The notes beneath the pieces were generated by a model that saw only the letters and a program-made list of their open reading frames with translations, had not been told where the DNA came from and searched no databases. This document shows positions 1 through 9,400 of a stretch of DNA of 64,000 bases, piece by piece. Within the stretch, counting starts at the first letter, position 1, and each line of letters begins with the position of its first letter. Source of the DNA: a bacterium. GTDB taxonomy: Bacteria; Electryoneota; Electryoneia; Electryoneales; Electryoneaceae. Where the stretch lies: assembly GCA_963669175.1 (NCBI GenBank), contig OY769902.1:2912001-2976000 (forward strand). Reading direction: 5' to 3'. The position numbers were made by a program, and so were the translations under genes.

Positions 1-354
1 ACGCTGACCCTGGCGCATTCCGTCCCGCGTGGAATATTCCTGTTGATCGTCTACAGCGATGGTCGTAAACGAGGGATGCGGCGCGCTCTCCAAGCCGACT
101 GGCATGAAGGCAGAATACAACGTGTAGCCTGGGAGACGCTGGAACAGCTTTGGACACGTCGGGTGCGACTGTCCGAACTGCGAGTTACCCTGTTTCGTTC
201 CACACCGCCACCTCAACAGTATTCCCTGTTTCGTTCGAGTGCTCTTGTGGGACGTGATGAAGTCCTGAGAAGCACCATGCAGGGGATGCGGGCGCGTTGG
301 GGGGAGAAGGCTGTATCCTTCGCTACCGCCTGTACGGTTCCGGCTCAATCATGA
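1..354 (+). CDS. 3' end of Y-family polymerase DinB/ImuB-like protein (5'-truncated by window)
   Basis: The C-terminus ...VRLSELRVTL...QQYSLF...MRARWGEKAV resembles the DinB/IMS little-finger C-terminus with a Q-x-S-L-F clamp-binding motif. Its stop overlaps the dnaE2 start (ATGA 351-354). Confidence 0.7.
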   Translation, partial: TLTLAHSVPRGIFLLIVYSDGRKRGMRRALQADWHEGRIQRVAWETLEQLWTRRVRLSELRVTLFRSTPPPQQYSLFRSSALVGRDEVLRSTMQGMRARWGEKAVSFATACTVPAQS

Positions 355-3300
355 GCGGGCGTTGCCGTCAGGAGGACTTTGTTCATCTCCATGTCCGCAC
401 ACCGTATTCTTTCTATGAAGGGGCGGGACGGATAGAGGAACTGGTCAGCGTGGCATCGGGATTGGAACAGCGGGCAATAGCGTTTACCGACCGGAACCGC
501 ACCAGTGGGCTGGTCCGTGGCTATAAAGCTGCCCGTGAAGCCGGATTACATCCTGTATTGGGATTACTGCTGGATGACCCCAAAGATGCCAATCGCACCC
601 TCATGCTTTGGGCGAGATCGCTGAAGGGATATGGAGTATTGGGACGGTTGGCTTCGGCACGTCAACTGGAACGCGGTTTTTCGCTGGACGAGATTGTTAG
701 AACATTAGATGATTCTGTAATCACTGCGACCTCGGATGTATCTCTTTTGACGTCACTGTACGAAAGCCTGCCCTCCGGATCGGTCTATGGCGAACTGACA
801 CTTCCGCAACATGAGCAGGACAAGCGACGGCTACGGACGCTGTATGAGTTCAGCCGGAAACGTCGTATTCCGATGGTCGTTACCGGAGCCGTATCCCATG
901 CCATCCCGGATCAGGCCGGCCTGGCACGTCTGCTTCGGGCCATCGGGGAACGTCAATTCCTGTTGAGGACTGCGGATAATCGTGAAACCGTGGCGCATCG
1001 TCCTCTTGATGATGGCGGCACTCTGCTTCGCGCTTATGAAGCGTTACCGGAAGCGCTGTACAATAGCCGCCTTATTGCGGAACAGTGCGAGGTGGATCTG
1101 CGATTGGGTGAGTTGAAATTCCCCGCGCCAAAACTGCCCAATGGAATTCGCCCGTTTGACGAGCTGAGAAGACGGAGCGAGGAAGGACTGATCAGACGAT
1201 ATGGACCAAATCCGAAACAGGCCGCACGTGAACGCTTGGCTTATGAACTGGGTGTGATCGACCATCTTGGTTTCACCGGGTACATTCTGACCGTACATGA
1301 TATTGCCAAAGAAGCGTGGCGACGGGGGGTACGAACGCTGGGACGAGGATCAGCAGCGAACAGCATGGTATGCTACTGTGTCGGGCTTACAGATATCTGT
1401 CCGCTACGATACAACCTGTATTTCGAGCGTTTTCTGAACCCGGAACGAAAGAGTCCGCCTGATATTGATCTCGATTTCTCCTGGCGGGATCGTGATGAAA
1501 TCCTGAACTACATTTTCGAAGAATACGGCCATGATCACGTGGGATTGATCTGTACGACCGTAACCTTCCGTACACGAGCGGCCATCCGTGAAACCGCCCT
1601 GGCTCGTGGAATTCCTGAAGATGAGATTACTCGTATCACCAGGCGGATTCCCTATTTCACCAATGGCACTCCTATCGATGAACTGAAGGATACCAAGCCG
1701 GAATGCCGAGACCTGCCGTTGGATCGTGAACCCTGGCTGAGCATTGTGAAAGAAGCTCAGAAACTGCGTGGTTTGCCACGTCATTTATCAATCCATGCTG
1801 GTGGAGTTGTGATCACACCCGGCCCGATTACCGACTGGACCGGGCTGGAGATGGCCTCCAAAGGATTCGTGGTTACTCAATACGATATGTACAGCACGGA
1901 GGATCTTGGCCTGGTAAAGATTGACCTGTTGAGCCAGCGAGCGCTCGGGGTATTGAAGGATGCGGTGAACAATATTGAGCGCAATGTAAACGAAACTAAT
2001 CCAGGAACGTCGGAGAAAAGAACAGGCAGAAAACGGCTGCCGCCCATACGTGATGCCATTGATGATATGGAGTTCCTGTTCCATGAGAAAGCGACCTGGG
2101 ACACGATCCGGACCGGGCAAAGTATGGGCTGCTTCTATATCGAATCGCCGGGAATGCGGGTACTGCAACAGAAACTGAATTGCGATAACTATGAGCTTCT
2201 GGTTGCTGCAAGTTCCATTATTCGTCCGGGTGTGAGTGAATCGGGGATGATGCAACAGTATGTCGATTGTGTGCGTGATCCTTCGAAAGCGATCTACCTG
2301 CATCCGAAAATGAAAGAAATTCTTGGCGATACATTCGGGGTGATGATCTACCAGGAGGATGTAATCAAGGTGGCTCATCATCTTGCCGGGATCTCACTGG
2401 GACGGGCGGACACCATGCGGCGAGCCATGAGTGGTAAGGGCACCCGTGAAGATATGCGCAGAATGGAAAACGAGTTTTTGCAAGGATGCCGTAAGAATGG
2501 AGTCGATTCGGATATCGCAAAGGAGATCTGGCGGCAGGTTGAATCCTTTGCCGGATATGCTTTCTGCAAGGCGCACAGCGCGTCGTTCGCGGTGCTTTCG
2601 GTACAGATTGCGTACCTGAGAACGCATTATCCTGCCGAGTTTATCGCGGGAGTTCTGGCGAATGGAGGCGGTTTCTACAGCCAGGCGGCATATGTGGAAG
2701 AAGCGAATCGGATGGAACTGACCGTCAAATTGCCGCATGTAAATAAGAGCGAACTGGAGCATTTCGGGTTTGAACGCATGGTTCAGCTTGGTTTGAAAGG
2801 TATCGGGGTGCTTCGTGACGATACCCCGCAGAGGATCCTTGACAATCGAACTCAAAACGGTCCTTTTACCGGGCTTGATGATTTTGTCCAGCGTGTTCAA
2901 CCGGCGCGGGATGAGATTGAAGCGTTGATCTTCTGCGGCGCTTTGGATGATCTGTGCGGGAATCGGCCTACACTGCTCCGCAGGGTAAAGGCCGGGTATG
3001 CAGCGATGAAACGTGCGCCCGGGCCACTCGCAATCGGCGTCGGAGGTGTGATGGATGCGCTGCCTGACTCGCCGGACTGGTCAGACATTGAGAAGGCGCT
3101 TGCGGAAAGGCGTATACTGGGATTCTCACCCGGCCCGCATCCTCTGGTGTTGCTGGACCTGCCCGAGGAGAATGTGATCCCGGCGCGTGACCTGTTACGG
3201 CATGAGGGGCATCGGATCAGTATGCTGGGGTGGGCGTACGCTTCGAAAAAAATCATCACCCGGCAAAAGAAGGAGACCATGCAATTCCTGTCCATGGAGG

Positions 3301-3506
3301 ATCTGACGGGAACTTTTGAAGTTACCCTGTTTCCACGGGTGTATCGAGAATATGCGACGATGCTGCATGGGCATGGACCGTTTCGAGTTACGGGAAGAGT
3401 AGAAGACGAGCAGGGAGTATGTACCCTGGTTGCAGAACGGGTTGAACTGGTGAGCGCAAAGCAGGCTTCACGTTTCGGGCGCGCTCGTCATGGTGGACGA
3501 CGGTGA
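351..3506 (+). CDS. dnaE2: Error-prone DNA polymerase III alpha subunit (DnaE2-type)
   Basis: PHP start FVHLHVRTPYSF, GRGSAANS, FERFLNPER, catalytic PDIDLD, YAFCKAHS and an OB-fold C-terminus. PHP metal ligands are degenerate relative to the dnaE at 28138. Start moved to ATG 351 (ATGA coupling). Confidence 0.88.
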   Translation: MSGRCRQEDFVHLHVRTPYSFYEGAGRIEELVSVASGLEQRAIAFTDRNRTSGLVRGYKAAREAGLHPVLGLLLDDPKDANRTLMLWARSLKGYGVLGRLASARQLERGFSLDEIVRTLDDSVITATSDVSLLTSLYESLPSGSVYGELTLPQHEQDKRRLRTLYEFSRKRRIPMVVTGAVSHAIPDQAGLARLLRAIGERQFLLRTADNRETVAHRPLDDGGTLLRAYEALPEALYNSRLIAEQCEVDLRLGELKFPAPKLPNGIRPFDELRRRSEEGLIRRYGPNPKQAARERLAYELGVIDHLGFTGYILTVHDIAKEAWRRGVRTLGRGSAANSMVCYCVGLTDICPLRYNLYFERFLNPERKSPPDIDLDFSWRDRDEILNYIFEEYGHDHVGLICTTVTFRTRAAIRETALARGIPEDEITRITRRIPYFTNGTPIDELKDTKPECRDLPLDREPWLSIVKEAQKLRGLPRHLSIHAGGVVITPGPITDWTGLEMASKGFVVTQYDMYSTEDLGLVKIDLLSQRALGVLKDAVNNIERNVNETNPGTSEKRTGRKRLPPIRDAIDDMEFLFHEKATWDTIRTGQSMGCFYIESPGMRVLQQKLNCDNYELLVAASSIIRPGVSESGMMQQYVDCVRDPSKAIYLHPKMKEILGDTFGVMIYQEDVIKVAHHLAGISLGRADTMRRAMSGKGTREDMRRMENEFLQGCRKNGVDSDIAKEIWRQVESFAGYAFCKAHSASFAVLSVQIAYLRTHYPAEFIAGVLANGGGFYSQAAYVEEANRMELTVKLPHVNKSELEHFGFERMVQLGLKGIGVLRDDTPQRILDNRTQNGPFTGLDDFVQRVQPARDEIEALIFCGALDDLCGNRPTLLRRVKAGYAAMKRAPGPLAIGVGGVMDALPDSPDWSDIEKALAERRILGFSPGPHPLVLLDLPEENVIPARDLLRHEGHRISMLGWAYASKKIITRQKKETMQFLSMEDLTGTFEVTLFPRVYREYATMLHGHGPFRVTGRVEDEQGVCTLVAERVELVSAKQASRFGRARHGGRR

Positions 3507-3636
3507 CGCTAACAGAACGAAAACAAATTGATAAGAGTGAGAAGAGATAGACTTCTGCTTGCGTAAAGGCGAGCTCAGTTCTATATTTCCAGACTACTTT
3601 GGAAACAAGTTTGTCACAAAGCAATAGGGGCGAAAC

Positions 3637-4656
3637 ATGAAACGATCGATGCTGGTGTTGCTCAGCGTAGCGTTTATCCTTGGATTGGCAGGCATGGCGC
3701 TGGCACAAACCCCGGAGATCGAAGCAAAGCTGCAAGAACGCGATGCTCTTCGTGAGAAGATGGCCAACGCGGGTGATGAAACTGAATACAATGCCTTGTT
3801 GGCACAGTGGAATACACTGAACAAGGAAATTGAACAGATGATGTCCGCGATTCAGGCAGATGGAGAGGCCAAATCACGCGCGATCAGCCTGTTTAATGAA
3901 GGTAACGAGGCCATGCGCGCCCGCCGCTATGATGTCGCGGTTCAGAAATACCAGGAATCAGTCAAGCTGAATCCACTGGAAGCACGCTCCTACTACATGC
4001 TTGGTGTTGCCCAGCAACGGATGCGCAACTATGAATCTGCGCTTGAAGCTTATACCCAGGCTACACAACTTGACAACAGCTATGCCAAGGCGCATAACGC
4101 TCGCGGTTTGGTGCTGCGCAGCATGGACCGCTTCGATGATGCCCTGACAGCCTTCCGTTCCACGCTCTCCTCAGAGACGGCAGAGCCGGATGAAAAGGCC
4201 GATGCCTATGCCGGTATGGGTGTTGTCTATTTCGATATGAAGGATTATGAAAAGGCCATTGGCGCTTACGAACAAGCCGTACAGGCCAACCCGGAAGATG
4301 CCGACGCCTATTACAACATGGGCAAAGCCTATGGCGCGCAGTCGAACTGGGAAAGCGCTGTAGAGGCTTATAAGAAATCGACTGAACTGGATGCGAAGGA
4401 TCACAAGTCCTGGACATCCCTGGCCGAAGCCTACAACAAGATCGGCAAGCATTCCGAAGCCGTTTCCGCCGCCAGCGCCGCTACAGGCGTACGCGCCAAC
4501 TATGCCCCGGCATGGTTCGAACTTGGCTGGGCCTACGAACGTATGGGGAACCTGCAGGATGCCCTGAGTGCTTACGAAAAAGCGAAAAATGATCGCCAGT
4601 ATCGTGAACCTGCACAATACCAGATTGACCGGATTAAAGAGGAGATGGGCCGTTAA
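3637..4656 (+). CDS. Secreted tetratricopeptide-repeat protein
   Basis: Sec signal peptide (MKRSMLVLL...ALA-Q) followed by about 7 TPR motifs (e.g. AYYNMGKAYGAQSNWESAVEAYKK). Confidence 0.85.
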   Translation: MKRSMLVLLSVAFILGLAGMALAQTPEIEAKLQERDALREKMANAGDETEYNALLAQWNTLNKEIEQMMSAIQADGEAKSRAISLFNEGNEAMRARRYDVAVQKYQESVKLNPLEARSYYMLGVAQQRMRNYESALEAYTQATQLDNSYAKAHNARGLVLRSMDRFDDALTAFRSTLSSETAEPDEKADAYAGMGVVYFDMKDYEKAIGAYEQAVQANPEDADAYYNMGKAYGAQSNWESAVEAYKKSTELDAKDHKSWTSLAEAYNKIGKHSEAVSAASAATGVRANYAPAWFELGWAYERMGNLQDALSAYEKAKNDRQYREPAQYQIDRIKEEMGR

Positions 4657-4677
4657 CCATCTTCTTCAGATAGATGT

Positions 4678-4705
4678 GAAACGGGCGCTTTCGAGCGCCC
4701 GTTTT
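4678..4705 (+). terminator. Intrinsic terminator after TPR gene
   Basis: AAACGGGCGC-TTTCGA-GCGCCCGTTTT hairpin with T-tract. Confidence 0.85.
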
Positions 4706-4881
4706 GTTGCATGGGAAAATGATGGGACAGCTACCTTTTTCGCAATATAGTATTCTGTAGATCAATAACCATGCAGTATTATCGAAGATGATCAGCCAAG
4801 ATCAGCCTGTTTTAAAGCGAAAAAGCGTAGCAGTCCCCATTTCCTACGGTGAAAAAATTGGACTGTTACCTTTTCTTTTTA

Positions 4882-5653
4882 TATAATGGTTCCCGAAAGC
4901 ATTTGCTGATTCAACAATTATCAGCCTGCTTCAGCAGGCTCCTCTTAGCACCCGGCTTCAGTCGGGGTGTAAAAGTGATGGCAATCATTCTGAGCGCGCT
5001 TTAGCGTGCTTGCCTGTTACAAATCCTGGGGCCGGAAAGCACCCTGAAGGGTGCTCACCACTTCTTTATAACCATGAACACCCCGGCTGAAGCCCTGTCT
5101 CTTGCTCACATCTTCGTGTTTCTGCCACCCCAGAGGGGGTGGTAAATTTTAGCGTAGGGTTGACGCTGTCTGTTTAGCGTCTACCCTACGAAAAAGATCA
5201 AACCTTATCTCAACCCTGGAAGGGTTGCATAACGTATAATTTACACCCAATTGGTTTGTATAGAATATAAAATACGTTATTTCCTGTATTTATTGAACGT
5301 ACTAATATGAATCGCGTATTATGCAACCCTTCCAGGGTTGATTATTCGTTAGAATACCTGACATAGTGTACAGGCCAAACAGACGGCCTGTACACTATGC
5401 TAAAATAGGGAATCCCGCCGGGATTCTAAAAATGCTATGTCCACAACTCTTTTACTGATACAGCTTTCAGAAGATGTGGGTAAGAGACAGGGCTGAAGCC
5501 GGGTGTTAAAAAGAGCAGGCTAAAACCTGCTAAAACTACCAGATAGCAGATTGAAGAAATTACAGTCCAGTAAAGCTTCCATTTGGGAGGAGTTTCACTA
5601 TGACAAGTATGCGAACAACAGAAAACCTACAACCAGTTTGAAACAGCAAGAAT
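4882..5653. mobile_element. MITE family A copy 1 (interrupted, right end truncated)
   Basis: Near-identical to 49122-49485 once the 5095-5490 insertion and one TSD copy are removed. It lacks the last ~15 bp of the right terminal repeat. Confidence 0.8.
5095..5490. mobile_element. 396-bp non-coding MITE with IS50/Tn5-like (IS4 family) ends and 10-bp target duplication
   Basis: TIRs CTGTCTCTTGCTCACATCTTC (5095-5115) and GAAGATGTGGGTAAGAGACAG (5470-5490). GGCTGAAGCC is duplicated at 5085-5094 and 5491-5500 but single in the empty site near 49323. Confidence 0.9.
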
Positions 5654-5790
5654 ATAAATGCAAAACAAGTTAATTAAGGTTGATGAAAAGGTACTGTACC
5701 GGATTTTTCGCCTTCTTGCCTATCTGTGAACACAACAACGTGAAGATTCTGAACAGGGGAAGTTGTTATGGATCGCTTTCCTGAAAAGAT

Positions 5791-6044
5791 AAAAAAAAAA
5801 GTCGCGGACAGGCCGCAGAAACCTGTCCGCAAATGATGGTGCCTAACCGAGGCGGGGCTCAGGGGCACGCAGTCCTGCATCTCAAAAGCCAAACATTGAG
5901 ACGGTAGGGAAAAACGTACCTTGGAGGCCAGCAATTCAACCTGAGGAAGATTGAACACTGGCGATAGCAAGGGAATTCTTTCTCAGCCGCTAAAAGCAAA
6001 GAAGTGTAAAAGAGCTCCTCGGCCTGCCTCCATCTGGTTGTGAA
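5791..6044 (-). ncRNA. Putative structured non-coding RNA (~250 nt), family not recognised
   Basis: Minus-strand -10 TATACT (6051-6056), a 5'/3' closing stem, 3-4 internal hairpins, and a GC terminator hairpin (5804-5830) with a 10-U tract. No convincing ORF. Confidence 0.55.
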
Positions 6045-6342
6045 CACGGGAGTATATCCCAATTCACATACTTATCATCGGCATCTCTACGTGATAGCTT
6101 TAGCTTTTTTTGACTTTTATTGAAAGAATTCTGATTTGTATGGTTGAAGAAAGCATGGTGGATTGGGGGTAACCTGTTGTGGTGTCGTTGTTTATGTGTA
6201 TGGCGAGACTCTTGGAGGTATTTCAAAATTAGCGAAAATGTGACTCTGTTGGTAAAGAAAGTTAGAGTTGCTGTGTAGGGATTGTGGCTGTGACGAATAC
6301 TTCACAAACAACGAAATGCCTGCTGGACCATATCGCAGAAAG

Positions 6343-6378
6343 AAAATCGGGTGACCACCAGGTGATCACCCGAAAAAT
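6343..6378 (-). terminator. Intrinsic terminator of the 2091-aa surface protein gene
   Basis: AAAATCGGGTGA...TCACCCGAAAAA hairpin with an A-run on the + strand. Confidence 0.7.
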
Positions 6379-6430
6379 ATGTCGTGTCACATCGCGACTA
6401 CATGCGATGTAAACCGGATTCAACCGTTCG

Positions 6431-9400
6431 CTATTTTATCAGCACCATTCGCTTCAGGTCGGTGAATGGGCCTGCTTGCAGACGGTAGAAGTACATGCCG
6501 CTGGCCAGCCTGGTTGCATCAAAAGTAACGGCATGGAAACCGGCTTCCATACGATGATTGACCAGTTCCATGACTTCCTGCCCCATCACGTTGTAAACTG
6601 TCAGCCTGACATCCTGCGCTTTTACCAGGTCAAACTTGATCTGGGTCGCCGGATTGAACGGGTTCGGGAAGTTCTGGTGCAGCGCGTACTTTGTGGGCAG
6701 GTCAGACGTTTCTTCATCAGCTCCGTAGTAGAAGATGATGGCAACATCGACAACAGGCGGATTGGCCCAGTGTGGACCACCAAAAACCAGCTCTGCGTTG
6801 ATCTCATCACCGGGTTCCAAATCAACCGTATCACCCTTGGTTTGCAGATCAACCGTGATCGTCAGGGTGGTGGATTCACCCGGTTCAAGGAGGCCGGTAT
6901 TGGGCTCGACAAAGAGCCACTCAAGCGGCATGACCGGACCTTCCCAGATGTTGATGTAGTCTGGCTCACCCTGCAGCACACTGGTGATGTCGTAACGAGC
7001 ATGGTGGAACCCCGGGTTGATCTCGAAACCGGCGGAAGAACCGTACTCCGGCAGGTAGAGTTCATGCAGGTTCATTTCCCAGGCCATCTCATCCATGCTG
7101 AACCGGTGTATATAACCGCCTTCGCCATCTTCGTTCTGCGCTAAAGCGTAGATGGTATAGCCTTCGATGTCGAATGGGTTATACGCCAGTCCCAGGAGCC
7201 CGCCGATTCCTTCCGGCATGGGCAGCCCGGAAGAGGCGCCGGAATTAATGTCGTAAAGTGCAAATATCGACTCACCGTCTGACAGGAAAATGTAGCCGGA
7301 ATCATAGTCATAGGCCATTGCACGGCCATAGACGCCAACATTGCCAATCCACTGGTGTGTTGTCAGATCTCGCGAGAAGCGGAAAATGTCACCATCTTCG
7401 TTACAGCCGAACAGTTCTGTGGTTTCAGGGTCATAGGCCATATCCATAATGGCTGATGTGCTGTTGCCCAGCATATCATCAGGATAGGTTCGTGCGGCAA
7501 TCGGTGAACCGTCATGGCTGAACTGGTAGAGGAAATTATCGCCCACATCCTCTGACAGCGCCACGGCTGACACATAGATCCCGTCATCAAGGGTCACTGC
7601 GCCCATGATCCCATCATTCTCGGTTAATGATCCTGCATCGAAGGCAAGCAATGGATCAAACAGTTCATCCAGTTCGCCGCTGACCTGGACTTGCGGTCCA
7701 CGGTTCTGAGCTTTAATGCACAGGTTTGGCCCGGTAAAGGTCGTCCGTTTGGTCATCATCCTTCCGGTGCGTTGAACAACCGGGCTGGCATTCGTTATCC
7801 GTGGTTTACTGGTCTTTTTGTTCGCGTGGAATACAGCATTGTCAACAACCCAGAGATAGGCGCCATATTGCAATGGTCCTGATCCGTTGCTTTCAAGATC
7901 AATATCTGCGAAGCCCGTGGAATCACCTACCATACTATCAATGTCGACCAGAATCTCCAGCGATGTATTGGAGATTTCACCGTCGGGGAAGGACATGGGA
8001 TGGCCGGACTCGTTGGTGAAGTTCACGCTGAGGGTGTCGAACGGCAACAGGGTAACTTCGTAATCTTCATCCCAGTAGTAGATGTATTCGCAACGGATGG
8101 TATTGGTAACCAGTGTATCCGCTGGGATGTTGATCAGGCAATAATACCCGTTGGCGTCTGTATAGGTTTGCATTTCAGGATATTCCAGTACGGAGACCAG
8201 CGCTCCTTCCATGGGCTGATCTTCTGTATCAAACACAAACCCTTCGATCGCCCCACGTGAATCAGGCATGACACCCCAAATCTCCATATTGTCAATGGCA
8301 GCGCCATAATAACCATTGGCGCTTGTATCAGTGCCATGGCGGAATTTCAGGTGGATAGAATCTGCTTCCGCGTATTGCGTCAGATCGAATTCCACACGCT
8401 GCCATCCTCCAGAAGACTGGGTGAAACCTGGCGTGTTGTCCAGGCCTACAACGGTGGCATCGGGATAACCACCAATTGGTGCAATAATGGTCCAGGTGTC
8501 TCCATTGTCAGTCGATATCTGGACATTGTAGCCATCGTACCCGCTCTCATAGGCAATCCAGTGATAATATCCGAGCATGAGATTCTCGCTGATAGGCTCC
8601 CATCCATGGAGGCTTATCATCGAACCGTCATCACTATTCTGGTAATCCGATTCAAGGTAGGTAGCCCACACATAATCCCCTTCATAAGCTTCACCCGGGC
8701 CTGTTGTCGGTTCGCCACATTCCCAGATTGATTCAGGCTCGAAGGTGATATCTTCTTCGGGCACAGCATCCGGTTCAAACCCGCTGAAGAATGGGGGATT
8801 ACCTATCCTGGTGCTTACAGTAAGCACGGAGTCGGATTTATTCATCACTTCGTCAAAAGCAATGATGGCATAAGTATAGTAAGCCGGTTCTATAACACTT
8901 TCATCCCAGGTGGTGGTCTCTGCATCCAGAGTATCCAGAAAGGTAGTGCCACGATACAGAACATAGCCTGCGAGATCGACGCACGGTGAACCGTCAGCGT
9001 TTGTTGTTGGCGCATCCCAGGTAATCGTTGCTGTCTGCGTCAGGTGATCAATGTCAGTCACTTCAAAATCAGAAACACCGGAGGGCGCCATGTTAAATAC
9101 AGCAGTGACAGTCTGGCTTGGATTGGATTCAAATTCAACACCTTCGCTGTCAACCCAGGCTGTAGCGAAAATCATGATATCGCTGTTTTCCAGGTCAGAT
9201 CCAAGATCGAGGAAAAAAGCATCTACCTCAATAGGATCCTCGTTTGCCTGGGAATAGTTTTCGCCTCCATCTGTTGAATACCAGATGTAGTATCCAAGGA
9301 ATTCATCCAGCTCGTTGCGGTTAATGATTCCCTGGCTCCAACCTTGGCGAATTGGCGCTTTGGGGGTATTCAGCGCTGCAACATGACCGTAAAACGGCGA

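Larger units (their letters stand above)
4712..5713. repeat. REP-like palindrome cluster (family C-related) interrupted by nested MITEs
   Basis: GGGACAGCTACCTTTTTCGC...GCGAAAAAGCGTAGCAGTCCCC pair. The arm GGACTGTTACCTTTT (4860-4874) has its partner AAAAGGTACTGTACCGGATTTTTCGCC at ~5686-5712. The same arms lie ~40 bp apart in the repeats at 32086 and 35001. Confidence 0.7.

Noticed and set aside
5095-5490. Nextera adapter contamination
   Set aside because: Both ends deviate from the ME in different ways, face inward as TIRs, extend their match by 2 bp, and are flanked by a TSD with an empty site elsewhere.
5791-6044. Retron msr-msd, tmRNA, RNase P or SRP identity
   Set aside because: No reverse transcriptase in the window and none of the hallmark motifs seen.
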